DNA of 64,000 bases. It comes from Gekko japonicus. Lineage: Eukaryota. This document shows, one piece after another, positions 12,011 through 24,138 of the stretch; position 1 is the stretch's first letter, and the number at the start of each line of letters is the position of its first letter. The notes beneath the pieces were generated by a model. The model was not told the DNA's origin. It saw nothing but the letters and a program-made list of their open reading frames with translations, and made no database searches. The position numbers and the translations under genes are program-made. The DNA lies in the NCBI RefSeq assembly GCF_001447785.1, contig NW_015170887.1:1342201-1406200 (forward strand). The letters run 5' to 3'.

Positions 12011-14030
12011 CCATAAATCCTTGGCATTCTTTCAACACTGGTGAGATATATCCTCGGTAGCTAGTCCCTATCACACATCTTATCACTACAGTTTGAACCA
12101 GTTGACGTTTCTGAATAGTCTTTAAAGGCAGCCATATGTAGAGCACAGGGGTCCCTAGCGTGGTGCCCATGGATGCCATGGTGCCCACTGACACCTTTCT
12201 TGGCGCCTGCCAAGTGTTTTACAAAGTAAGTGAGGACAGGTGAGGCTTTTGCCCAGCAAGGCTTATGACTGGCCACTGGAGATTTGATTGACTATAGATT
12301 TTTTTAAAAAATGTTACTTTGGCAGGTGCTGCCACCACAGCACTGTGTGCTGAAGGTAAGCTGTAGCAGCCATTTTGTGTCTGGCTCTGCCTCCTGCAGC
12401 AGCCATTTTTGGCAGCCATTTTGTGACTGCACCCACCGTGCTGTGTCAGAATTCTAAAGGTGCTTGCAGGCTCAAGAAGGTTGGGGACCACTCGTATAGC
12501 AGATAGCAGTAATCTATGTTTGGCCAGGGCTTTTTTTTTTTTTTAAAGAGGTGCCGGAACTCTCAAGAGGAAAATGAAGTTTTCAATCTGTATGCTAAAA
12601 GCTCATGAACTTTAAAAACATTTTAAAAAGAATTTTGTTGAAGCTCTGTTCCAGCACGTTTCCCCAGAAAAAAAGTCCTAATGGTTGCCGTTTGCCACTT
12701 TCCTGTTCCTTGTTGGCACTCAGTCGGGTGGCAGGGGGAAAAGGTGTGTATAAAATGGAATCCCTCAACACTGCAATATCATGTCCACTTGTTTAACTGG
12801 AAGTGATTTCACTCACCACATTGTGGGATGCTCTAGGATCCATCCAAAACTCTGTGGTTTTTACCATAAAGTTTCAGATGAATCCCTGAGCATCCCATGG
12901 CACAGTGACCTTACTTCCACTTACACAGCCAGAAGTAACGTCATGGTGTTACAGGAGGCTGTTAGGTAAGTCCCACATCCAGCAGTCTCCTGAAGTTTGC
13001 CAGCTAAGGGTTGGCAACCCTACAGGAATCTAACCTGGATATGATCTGAGCATGGATCACTGCTAGCAGAGCATGGTCCAATATTGATTCTCTGGAAAGG
13101 CTACAGTTAGTGCACCAACCAAAACTGGTTACAGCTGTTACGTGCTACCAATGATATTTGACATTCCATCTGCAGAAATGGATCTGAAAACACCCACAAG
13201 CTCCAAACCTATTTCTTTATGGAACACAACCCACTCCAGAAGAGGCCAGATCCCTGCTCCACGATTAGCCCAATTATTGAGCAACAGCAGCTTAATTTCA
13301 CTTGTGTAGACCTTCAGTTTATTGGCCCTCATCCAATCCATTACCATCTCCAGACACTCGTTCAGAACATCCACTGTCTCACCTCTGTTGCAAAGAAAAA
13401 TACAGCAGTGTGTTATCAACATACTAATAATATCTCATTTCAGATGTCCAGAAGACAGCCTTATGCTGATGTTAAAATGAGTGGGAAAGAAAATGGAACC
13501 CCACAGCACAAGTGCCACCGGGTTCAGCCATTTCCCCAAATTACGCTGTGCACCATGGCCCCAATCCAAATTGAACCCACACATGGGGGACTTCCAGGTG
13601 CAGCCTGATCCAAAGTCTTCATGGCAGCCATGTGTCAACCACATGGACTTTGTAATAGGTGAACCAGGCCTGAGAGGTCCAAGAGAATCTACAGGGATAA
13701 CCCCCCACATGTCTCCCTGGTAAAGGTTGTGATTTTATGACTGGTAATCACTTTGGTCAGGTGGGAATAGGCAGGATCTAAGTTTAAATAAACAAGGAGG
13801 TGCTAGAAGATTGTTGGAGAAAGTCTAGCAATGGGATTGGCAGTGGCACAGCTGGGTGCTGAAATGAGGGCTGATGACTTGCAGCCCCTAACATTCCAGG
13901 CGAATCATGGACATTGATAGGAAGCAATTGGGGCAGCCTAGGAAGCAGTGAGGAAGGCGAATAGGGGCAGGGTCTCTGCCTTGCATCACAGGACACTTTT
14001 GGTGTGTATAAGCCATGCTAAAGGAAGAGT
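11830..14030 (-). mobile_element. Decayed L2-clade LINE (RT region), fragmented by MITEs
   Basis: Minus-strand peptides VLNECLEMVMDWMRANKLK (13138-13422) and LYIWLPLKTIQKRQLVQ...ISPVLKE (11997-12194) are L2 ORF2 motifs. Confidence 0.75.
12146..12493. mobile_element. hAT (Charlie-like) MITE
   Basis: TIRs caggggtccc...ggggaccactc and 8-bp TSD gtagagca/gtatagca. Confidence 0.85.
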
Positions 14031-14190
14031 TGTGTCAGGTGGGTCAGCCTGCAAAGGGTCTTTCACAGACATGGGGTAAGGAAGAGGAGACAGGCAGGCA
14101 CTCTGACCCTGTAGCCTCCAGATAGTGGGGGAAATACTTAATCACCATTTCTGAATGGAAAGTAACAAAATGTTCTTCTTGTTTCCCAAG

Positions 14191-14276
14191 CAAACCAAGA
14201 TCCCTCTGGACCGAATACAGGTTGGTGAACTGATACGCAAGCTCGACAGTGGCAGGACAGGGCAGGTAGACTACAG
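14191..14276 (+). CDS. LRRC74A: LRRC74A coding exon (EF-hand-like loop 2), QTKIPLDRIQVGELIRKLDSGRTGQVDY(S/R)
   Basis: Acceptor ttcttcttgtttcccaag and donor gtgagc. 86 nt, ending in phase 2 (AG|). Confidence 0.9.
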
Positions 14277-15344
14277 GTGAGCAAAAAAACAAACCATTAT
14301 TTTCTTCTATTCTCTCTCTTCATTGTTCTTTTCCATTTTAAAATGAGCAGGTGGCAAGTGCCAACTCCAGTAAACCTTTTGAACCAGACTAGATCTTTGC
14401 ATTTTCCTGTCTAGAATATTATTATTTGCTATATCTAGTAGTAAAAAGAGAGGTTCTTATTGAAAAAAGCAGCAAAACCAGGCCACCCCCAGACAGGAGA
14501 GAGGCTTCTGTGTATTTCAGGGGCTGCCGGGGCATATGGAGGAGAATACAGCTTTGTAAATTAACCAAAAGAATTAATTAAAAACTCCATAGTACCCTGA
14601 TGAGGACTGAGTATACTCCATTAGGCAGGGAATTTGAGAGCACTAGGGAATCAGTTAAAGGAGGAAGAACAGGAAGAGTTAGGAAAATTAGTTAGCACGA
14701 CCCCCTAAGAGCTTCTAGTATCTGGGAGGGGGAGATTGGGGGGATTTCACAATCATCTATTTTCAGTGCCTCCCACCACCCACGATTCACGAGAACTAAG
14801 TTTGTTCCCTTTAAATAGCAAAATTAAAGACTGAGTGTCTGTCATGAAGGGGCTCACTTCAGGGCACTCAGAAAAATCAAAAGACACCCCCCCCCCAGTC
14901 ATGAGGTCTGAGCATGCTCTTGGAACACTAAGAGCAGTTGAAAGTCAGTCAAAGGGGAGGGGAACAACAGAGAGAGAGGCAGAAATTGGCCTGCTCAAAG
15001 GTCTAAAAGCTTATAGTACCCTAGAGGCTTCACACATATCATTTATATGTTGGGCGGTATCCAACCATCCACATACAGGAGGCACTTAGATTTTCCCGTA
15101 CTATTGGAGCTCTTTCTGACCCCCCCCCCCCGAAAGACTATTCCTGGGGTCTCAGGATTCATGGTTAGGAACAGCTGAGAGGGTCAGCAGGCTGGAGCCA
15201 GGAGGGAGGACAAGGGCTGGAACCACCCATTCCCCTCTGAGGACCTGAACTGGGCTTCTGGAAGAGGAAGGAGGAGCTGTTTCAGCCCCTCGTCTCACTC
15301 ACCCCACTGCCACCAACCCACACTGCTCATCCTCCATGTGTATT

Positions 15345-15567
15345 TATTTATTTGTTAAACTTCATTTCTACCCTGCCCTTCTACCCAGCAGGGACCTGAA
15401 GCAGCTTACATGGTTCTCCTTTCCTCCACTTTATCCTCACAACAACCCACTGAGACAAGTTAGACTGAGAGAGTCTGACCGGCCCAAGGTCACCCAGCAA
15501 ACTTACTTGGCAGACTGAGGATTCCAACCAGATCCTAGTCCAGTGTTCTAACCACTGTACCACACTG
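15345..15567 (-). mobile_element. Older MIR/CORE-type SINE
   Basis: ttatcctcacaacaaccc...cccaaggtcacccagc...ctaaccactgtaccacactg. Confidence 0.7.
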
Positions 15568-15861
15568 CCTGTCTCTGGGACATGGGTCCTGCAGCCCTGA
15601 GATTGATCTTTGCATGGGTCAGGAAGAGCTGCAGCAATGAAGAGGAATCTGGGGGAAATTACCCCGTCCACACATGGAGTGATAGGATACTGCCTGTTGA
15701 GTCCTGGTCTTGTTCAGACTGCCCTCCCCATGACCAGCATAAGTTGGTTACCAGCTTGTGGCAAGTGAGTTAAGGGCATCCATTGTCATGGGCACTATTA
15801 ATCCTTTGGAGCAAAGCACCACGGGTTAGGTCAGGTGCTTACAACAGTGTAGCATCCTGAT

Positions 15862-15972
15862 AAGCCCAGTTTGGTCTCTGAGCTCATCAGGATTTGGGAG
15901 CTAAGCAGGGTGGGCCACGGTCAGTACTGAGATGGGAGACCACCGAGGAAGACTACACGGAGGAAGGCAATA
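15862..15972 (+). mobile_element. 5S-rRNA-derived SINE fragment
   Basis: gagctaagcagggtgggccacggtcagtactgagatgggagaccaccg. Confidence 0.7.
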
Positions 15973-16173
15973 TGGACTAAAAGGCAACTTGAAAGCAAGC
16001 ACTCTTCCCTTAGCTAACCTTCCTGTGCTCAGTGGTTAGTTTGTTTCAGGTGGTCTTTAATATGTCATTTGGTGGAAAGGGGAGAGTAATTTAGAAAAGT
16101 GGTTCTCTCTTTTTGTTGTTGTTATTATGAGCAATCCTCATTGGTTTTTCCCCCCCTTCATCTTTCAAATCAG

Positions 16174-16243
16174 TAATTTTAAAATTGAGGAGCCAGAACA
16201 GAAGCCTAAGGAGGAAAAGGAGAATAAAGAGGAAGAGCCTTAA
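16174..16243 (+). CDS. LRRC74A: LRRC74A candidate proximal terminal exon, (S)NFKIEEPEQKPKEEKENKEEEP*
   Basis: Long pyrimidine tract tttttcccccccttcatctttcaaatcag, phase-2 compatible, TAA at 16241-16243 and AATAAA at 16382-16387. Confidence 0.65.
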
Positions 16244-16381
16244 TCAGACCCAGAAGTCAGGTCAGCTGGTGAAAGATGCAAGGATAAGTGCTGGCAGGAA
16301 GCTCAGAAACATGCGTGTGTGTGTGTGGGGGGGGGGAGCCTGGAGGATGAGAGATGCCATTTGATGGTCTTGAATTCAGAC

Positions 16382-16387
16382 AATAAA
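16382..16387 (+). terminator. Candidate polyadenylation signal for the proximal LRRC74A last exon
   Basis: AATAAA about 140 nt after the TAA. Confidence 0.5.
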
Positions 16388-16812
16388 CTGCACTGCAATA
16401 CCTACTGGCTGCTATAACTCCAAGACAGGAAGACAAAATGGCCCTTTCCTTTCCACAACAAAGTCATGAATTTGTTTCCCTTGTGCACAAGGAATGTGCA
16501 TTTGTTTCTCATGTGTGCAATGAGTGCACAGTTGCTTCTTCCTTGTTACACTTTGCTGGTACACCTTCCCTCAATGTTGCCTTTTAGCAACCAACGTTTT
16601 TTATCTAGGGAAAACATAATACTTTCCTCCTGACAGCTCATCTGTTGCTATTGTGGCTGTGCTGTTACCTGGAATGGGGCTGTGTGAGTCTCATGGACCT
16701 CTATGGAATTTCCTTTGATGGTTCTAGTAAGACACAATGTCCTTACCCGTGCTTATGCCATTTTGTGAAAGTCTTTTAATTTTCATCATCATTTTTTGCG
16801 TGAAGAGACATA

Positions 16813-17050
16813 AGACAAAACAGGAGTCCAATGGCAACTCCAGCAGCAACAGTCCTTAATCCAGTATAAGCTTTCACAGCCCAGAGCTCACTTCATCAAA
16901 TGGATGGAAAATTCATGAGTGTGCCTAATGGATCAGCCAAAGTGAAGGCTGACTCCCAAAAACTTAGGCTGGAGTAAGTGTTGCTGTTCTTTAAGGTACC
17001 GCTACCATCCAGCTCCTGTTTCATTTTGCCTGTGCAGCTACCTATCTGGA
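16813..17050. mobile_element. Degenerate Penelope-like element with inverted pLTR arms
   Basis: Left arm aaacaggagtccaatggca...ataagctttcacagcccagagctcacttcatca; right arm ttctttaaggtaccgct...ctcctgttt. Confidence 0.6.
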
Positions 17051-18797
17051 ATTATTATCATATATAAAGACAGATATCACAAGAGTAGCAGGAGCAGTTT
17101 CAGTGTTTTCTAAGCTGATGAGTGGGTTGTGGGTTTTTTTTTTTTTTGCTCTTTTCAAAGCCAGTTCTGCAAATGATGAATGACACATTCGGTAAAGAGC
17201 TCTGAGCACAGGGTCTTTTCTTCCTCAGCTGTTTTGCACGCGCCAACTAACTCAAAAAAGGAGATTAGTTGTGTTGCAAAATGCAGGTCGGTTCATTTCC
17301 AAAGGAACTGTTCTGTATTATGAAAGAGCTTTGCTTTGATGTAACAAGAGCAGCAGAGAACTGAAGCGATGTGATGATGACTTGTTTTGGATCGTCATTC
17401 ATCAGCAATTTAAAGATGAACGGGGCTCTGGGTGGTTGAACTGCAGTCACTGGCCAATGGGCTGCTTTACTTGAATATTTGCTTACTTGCTTACTTAAAT
17501 TATAGGCTGCCTTTCTCAAGACAGATGCATAAATATAAGATAAATATCATACACCAGTCAGATAGCATAAAACACGCAATCCACAGTGCAGCAGGAAAAA
17601 ATTAACGAATTGGAAAAAAATGGGGGGGGGGGCAAAACAAATCCAGAAAGCAGGTTACAGAGGTGGAAGACAATGCAGTAAAAGGAAGGTGTACATATTC
17701 CTTGCAAAAGACTACAATCATACATTGTCCTCACATCTTCTCCATTTTATCCACACAACACCGTGAGGTAGGTTTGGATTAATATGTATTAACTGGCCCA
17801 CTTAGGTCACCCAGCAAGCTTCCATGGCAGAGTAAGAATTTGAACCTGGATCTCCTAAATCCTGGTCTGACACTCTAACCACTATACAACTCTGGCTGTC
17901 AGTAAATGGTACAATGTTTGAATAACCCAGGGCAAAAAGCACACACACAAACCCTTAAATAATGAGAAAAATATTTATTCCAGTGTCAACAAATGCAACA
18001 AAATATCACATGTTTTAAAATGAATGCATCAGGGTAGCATTCTGATTTAGCTAGGTCAATGGCTTTGTAGCCTCTAATCCACTACTGCCCACCAGGTACA
18101 CAGCAACCCTGCCAAGATAAAAGTAATAAATCAAGGCATAAAAGCAACACTTGAGGTAAGAAAGCAACTCTGTTTATGCAGAAATACTTATATGTAGTAT
18201 TATTAATTTGTTGGCATTATTAATAGTCCACCTTCCGCACTGAGATTCAAGGTGATGAGTCAATGCAGTCAAACGGAAACAGTTTAAGAAGGAATGTGGC
18301 ATATTAAAGAATGCAGAAATTACCTAACTGGATAATGCACACAGCAACAGATTGTACATACTATACACAGTACTATGATCCACATTCTTTTCCCTTTCAT
18401 GAAAGCATTCTTTTTTAATTGTTCCATTATAATAAAGCCGTGTTATCTTTGTAAAAATGCTTTCAATTTTGTATAGTTTGAAAAATGTCAGGAGAGTGGA
18501 AGCTTCCTGACTTCATCAGGCAGGCCATTCTATAAGGTGTGGGCCCCAAGACAGAATGTGTATGTATGGGCAATTGTTGCATCAGGGTAGCATTCTGATT
18601 GCTCATTTGCAGGGTGGCACTTGCAGAAGACCCTGCTCAAGTGATTAATTTGTCATGGCAGTACATAGGTAGACAGGTAGCCTTGCAGATATGAGGGTCC
18701 AAGGCCATGACCCAATATGCATGTACATCTTACTGTAGGTTTTCAGCGCAGTAAGCCTTTAATCTTGATTTCAGATTCTATGCCCGCCTTACGCAGC

Positions 18798-19919
18798 ATT
18801 CTTTTCCCACCAGTGTACTTATTCTGCAGGTACAATTTTTTAAACGAACTTTTCTAAATCAAGGTGGAACGTCACTTGTGATGTGTGGAGCTTAGCATAC
18901 AAAGTTGTTTTCTTTTTAAATCACGCAATTGTCCGATCACAGCTGCACAGTAGTGTCCAGCAAGCGCCTTCCATTTCAATCCCCCTGGTTCAGGTTTTGT
19001 GCTTGCATTTTAGGGTTAGTTGGTTGAATGAAAGGGAAAAGAAAGACATGTAGACAAAGGGGGAGAAACCTGATGTTGAAACTGACCAGACTTTTTTTGA
19101 AACTGACAAGCAGCTGCAGAGCCCTATTTTCCATATTGCGGTGAACTAGGGGATTCTCTGCTGTGTTATCGGCCACTGTGGAAAATGGGAAAGAATCACA
19201 TGATCTCATAATATGGGGGAACATGTTGAGTGTACAGAATGCATGGTAGAACCCTCTGGCATTTGCATTGCAAGCTGTGATAGTTGGCAACATGTGAGTG
19301 TGTGCACGCTCCTGTGCAAAATCAGCTGCAACTCCTCCACACTTTGCACAGGGCTGCAATTTGTATTCTTTTCCCACCAGTGTACTTATTCTGCAGGTAC
19401 AATTTTTTAAACGAACTTTTCTAAATCAAGGTGGAACGTCACTTGTGATGTGTGGAGCTTAGCATACAAAGTTGTTTTCTTTTTAAATCACGCAATTGTC
19501 CTATCACAGCTGCACAGTAGTGTCCAGCAAGCACCTTCCATTTCAATCCCCCTGGTTCAGGTTTTGTGCTTGCATTTTAGGGTTAGTTGGTTGAATGAAA
19601 GGGAAAAGAAAGACATGTAGACAAAGGGGGAGAAACCTGATGTTGAAACTGACCAGACTTTTTTTGAAACTGACAAGCAGCTGCAGAGCCCTATTTTCCA
19701 TATTGCGGTGAACTAGGGGATTCTCTGCTGTGTTATCGGCCACTGTGGAAAATGGGAAAGAGACACATGATCTCATAATATGGGGGAACACATTGAATGT
19801 ACAGAATGCACGGTAGAACCCACTGGCATTGCAAGCTGTGTGTGTGTGTCTGTGTGTGCACGCATGCCTGTGCAAAGTCGGCTGCAACTCCACCACACTT
19901 TATACAGGGCTGCAATTTG
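18798..19919 (+). repeat. Tandem duplication, unit 567 bp (18798-19364 and 19365-19919)
   Basis: Both copies begin attcttttcccaccagtgtac. They also produce duplicated ORFs 18976-19377 and 19543-19896. Confidence 0.93.
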
Positions 19920-20351
19920 CGCCTACACACTGGTCATGATCTTGGTAAATTTTTAAAGCCTGTCCTGTGTGGATGGCCCTCTTCCTCCAAATGGATGGTG
20001 CCTCACTGTGCCTGTGCCAGCCCAGCCAGCCCAGGTCACATGATGCCAGCAGCGAGCACAGTGAGGTGTCAAGGCAGGCCATTCTCTACGATTTTCTAAT
20101 TTGATGTTGCACACTGCTCGTGATCTTGGCAGTTTTTTACAGCCTGTTCTGTGCAGATAGCACTCTGTCCTCCAAATGGATCAATCCCAAGTGATTCTTA
20201 AGTTCATCAGTTTGCAGAAGGTCCACGTGGCTCAGCCACCCTTTTAATGTTAGGCTTCTGGAGACTGCCAAAACGGACCCCCCCAACCCCCCCCCATTTG
20301 TTCACTAAAGCATTAAAGGCAAAACATTTCTAAAGCTTTAGGCTTCCCATC

Positions 20352-21006
20352 CAGGCCTGTAGCTAGGCAGGGGTGGGGTGGGGGTTATGTCACCACAGAT
20401 GTGCCCAGCCCCCTCTAGGATGATGCCAGACCCCCAGTGCAGATAGGGGTCCTTTGGTTTCAAGCACAGAGCAGGCAGGAAGGTGGTGGCTCCCAATAGT
20501 ATTATCTCGCTACTGGTCTCTTTGCAACAGGTGTATAGAATGGCCTGCCTGGTGCCTCACTGTGCCTGTGCCAGCCCAGCCAGCCCAGGTCACATGATGC
20601 CAGCAGCGAGCACAGTGAGGTGTCAAGGCAGGCCATTCTCTACAACTCTTACAGAGAGACTGGTAGCAAGATAATTCTATTAGGGGTCACTGCCTGCCTG
20701 CCTGCCTGCTCTGCACCAGAGGAGGCCGGGCCTCTCCATTGGCTGGGGCAGCCAGGCTGCCTCCCTTGGCCTTGAGGTGGCAGGGAGGCCAGGCTGACCA
20801 TGTAACCCAGAGGGAGAACCAAACACGGCTCGGGGATGAGGCTCTGTGCTCAGCACATGCTCTAGGGCTGCCAGGCACTGGACCCATGCATGGTGCTGGC
20901 TCATTGGGTGAGTAGACAGTGACAGCAGCATCACTTCTCTCCTTCCTTGGCTCCTAGCCAGACTCATTTCAATGACCCCAGCAAAAATTGTCTAGCTATG
21001 GGGCTG
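20352..21006. mobile_element. hAT-type non-autonomous element (655 bp)
   Basis: TIRs caggcctgtagctagg / tctagctatggggctg and an exact 8-bp TSD TTCCCATC (20344-20351 and 21007-21014). Confidence 0.88.
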
Positions 21007-21639
21007 TTCCCATCCCAGTCTCTCCCTCTCTTTACATCTCATGTCAATTTCATTCCGTGCTGACAATCCCCCCCTTCATTTTGTTTCCATGCAGCACTGA
21101 AATCTTTTTCTTTTCTTTTTTTGCACAGGGGACACTGCCATTTGCCTCCTCTCTGAGCCCCTTTTCAAGTTGATACCAGCAGGGAACTAAACCTTGTGCA
21201 CCTCCTTTTAAACTCCCCCCCCCCGGGTCATTTGAATTTTTTAAAAAATTCAGTGATCCAAGACTAGGGATATTCTCATATTGCTAAACTCATGCCGCTT
21301 GTCAAAAAAAGGGGGGGAGAATGGAGCTTGTACACTGATGAAGGGGGGATGGTAGTGGAAGGTGCAGAGTGGGTGGAATGCGCTCGATGTGGTCGGGGAG
21401 TGACCTTCAAGGGGCGGCAAAAAGGTTGGTGAGAAACCTGAGGGAATCTGTATGCTTTTGAATTACCTTCAGCTTGGAAGTGAAACAAGGGGAAAATTGG
21501 CATAAAAGCACTCTCAGAAAACCTGGGGAAACAGTGGCTAGAAAGCGAACTGAGCACTGAAGGGAGAAAAATCAATGCAGGATGACAAAGAAAACTCAGT
21601 GGGCATGCACAGTGAAAGCAGGGGAAAACATAGGCCCAT

Positions 21640-22020
21640 GAAGTGCTTTCTGTGCTTGTCAGTACTTTGAACTGAACCCAGTAACTTATGGGCAGCCAAC
21701 AGAATGACTGCGGAATGGGGATTATATGAATGCTCAACCTAGCTCCTGATAATAACCAAGTTGCAGCATTTGAATCAACTGGAGTCTCCAAGCTGACTTT
21801 GGCAGGGGACCTATATAGACTGAATTACAATAGTCTAGTTTCACTGTTACCGCGGCATAGAGCCAGGTCACCAGATCAGTCAAGTTAAGGTAGGGGGCCA
21901 TCTTTGGGGCTAACTAAGTTGGCAGAAAGTGTTTCTTGAAGCCACATTAACTTGCTTCTCCGGCAGTAATGTTGGATCCAGTATAAACCCTAAGATCTTG
22001 ATTGTGTCAGCAAGGGTCCT
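21640..22020 (-). mobile_element. Decayed L2-clade LINE fragment
   Basis: Peptide NAATWLLSGARLSIHIIPIPQSFCWLPISYWVQFKVL matches the L2 NAAAR...HITP.L..LHWLP...RIQFK motif. Confidence 0.75.
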
Positions 22021-23040
22021 CACTACCCTATTGACTAGGTAGTGGTCAGTCCATGGTTCAGGCTGAGTCTCCAACTCTGAAATCAGACTGTCTCTTGAAG
22101 GCTCAGTACAAAAGATTCAAGGTGCGGTCTCTTTCATGTGTTGTTTGAAAGAGGATCAAGGCAATCAAAAGTAGCTATAAAGTCCTGGGCTGGACCCAGC
22201 AAGGTATGGATGTTGAAGTCCCCCAGAACAATCTAGGTATACAATACACGGATCTGAGCAACTCTTATGTCTGATGGTTATCAGCCACATCCATAACATT
22301 AGATTGGATTCCAATGTGCTTTGTAGCACTTTTTTAAAGAGACTGGGGGAGAAATCTGGGATTTGGGATTTTATCTGTTCAAGTCCTGTCAGTCTGTCGG
22401 CTGTCAGAAATTATTGCATATAGGGGGAAAAGGACTGCTTAAATTCTATTTCCCAAAAAATGTTCTGAATGCCCTCCTCCCAAGATTTGTAGGCTGCTTT
22501 ATGAAGGCTGTACAGCCTTCAAGGGCACAAAGGGAAATGCTTTATCATGGCTCAACCATTCCTACGATTATGAAAGAGGCTATAGCTCCACTGGTTTCTT
22601 TGAACAAAGCCAGTCCAGGAGGACTGTGCCATGTATTTGTTCTGAAGATCTTAACTCTTGGTTTTGCAGGTTCAAGGGCAGAGATCCAGTCAAAAAGGTG
22701 CCCCCCCCCCCGGTCTTTATCTAGTCCCTGTGGGATAGAAAGAGGGACAGGAATGTAATGGAATTAAATGCAAAACTGAACGCTGCTAAAGACCCAGCAT
22801 GGTGTATTTATTAGAGTGCTTAAGTAGAAGCTGGGAGGCCTGGATTAAAATCCACACTCTGCTCTGAAGCTTTTGGGGGACCTTGCGCTTAACCTACTCC
22901 ACAGAGTTGTTGTTAGGATAAACTGGAGCAGGGAGAATTATGTATGCTGTCCTGAGCTCCTTGGAGGAAGGGCAGGATAAAAATGTGCTGGATAGAGAAC
23001 CTTCAGATCCTTTCAGAAACGAGTGGATTGGCCATTATAC

Positions 23041-23282
23041 CTGGAGATGCCGACCTCCAGGTGGGACCTGGGGATCCCCTGGAATTACAGCTCATCTCCA
23101 GACTACAGAGATCAGTCCCCCTGGAGAAAATGGATACTTGGGAGGGTGGACTGTGGCATTGTATCCCAAAGAGGTCCCTGTCCATTCCAGGATCCACCCC
23201 CAAATCTCCAGGGGTTTCCCAACCTAGATCTGGCCACCCTACCCCCCACCCCCCACTGGTGGCCAGGGGAGGTAGCACCTGC
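23041..23282 (+). mobile_element. hAT-type MITE (TAGGGTTGCCA family)
   Basis: Body near-identical to the copy at 63502-63748. Confidence 0.75.
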
Positions 23283-23396
23283 CCTGTCTGAGGCATGCAA
23301 CGCCTGGGGAAGGACCAAGGATCCCTAGGAAGGCAGCACCCAGCCTGCCAAAGGCCTGTGGGGCTCAGGGGCACGACCCAAAGCCTGCAAAGAGGA

Positions 23397-23987
23397 TAGA
23401 GTTGCCAGCTCCAGACAGAAAAATTCCTAGATATTTGGGGGTGGAGCTAGAGTTGCCATCCCCCCCTAGTGGGGCCAGGGGACCTCCTGATTTCAGGGGG
23501 CCCAATCCACCACTGGCCAACTGGCCAACAGGGGAAGCCCCACCCACCCCAAACAGCAGCATCCCATAGGGATGCAGTAGTGACATCATCATGCTGGGTC
23601 GTGTGTCGATGCTCTAGCATTCAGGGAGAACTCTATGGTTACCTTAGAGTTTTTGCCCCGAATGCTAGAGCATTGACAGCCCCAGTGTGATTATATCACT
23701 ACTGGTGACGTCATTGTGCTGCACACACTTTGCACGTGGAGCAGAAAAATCCCAACCAGGAGCCAGGAGCCCCTCCCCCCGCCACAGGGAAGAGGCGACC
23801 TGGCAACCCAAAGTGGAGCCGAGGGAGGGAGGGGTTTGGGGTGTTGGAGGCACCTCAGCAGGGTACAATGCCATGGAGTCCACCTTCCAAAGCAGACATT
23901 TTCTCCAGGGGATCTGAGCTCTGTTGTTTGGAGATCAATTGTAATTCCAGGAGATTTCCAGTCCCCACCTGGAGGCTGGTGAGCCTA
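23397..23987 (-). mobile_element. hAT-type MITE containing a nested related MITE (23448-23811)
   Basis: Outer tagagttgcc...ggtgagccta with TSD aaagagga/aaggggga. Inner tagagttgcc...tggcaacccaa with TSD ggtggagc/agtggagc. Confidence 0.8.
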
Positions 23988-24138
23988 AAGGGGGAGGCTC
24001 CAAGACCAACAAAGTCCCATGCAGGGCTCTGAAAGGGTTGCACAGCTCAGCAGGCAGGCTGCCCCTCCCTCCCTCCCTCCCTCCCTCCCTGGGGCGGTTG
24101 GGCTGGGAGCAGTCAGGCTACCTTTCCTCAAACTGGCG

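Noticed and set aside
14597-14625. CTGATGA hammerhead core
   Set aside because: No stem II or GAAA follows, so it is likely chance.
18976-19896. Two similar 117-133-aa ORFs suggesting duplicated genes
   Set aside because: They are by-products of the 567-bp tandem duplication, with no recognisable domain or splice structure.
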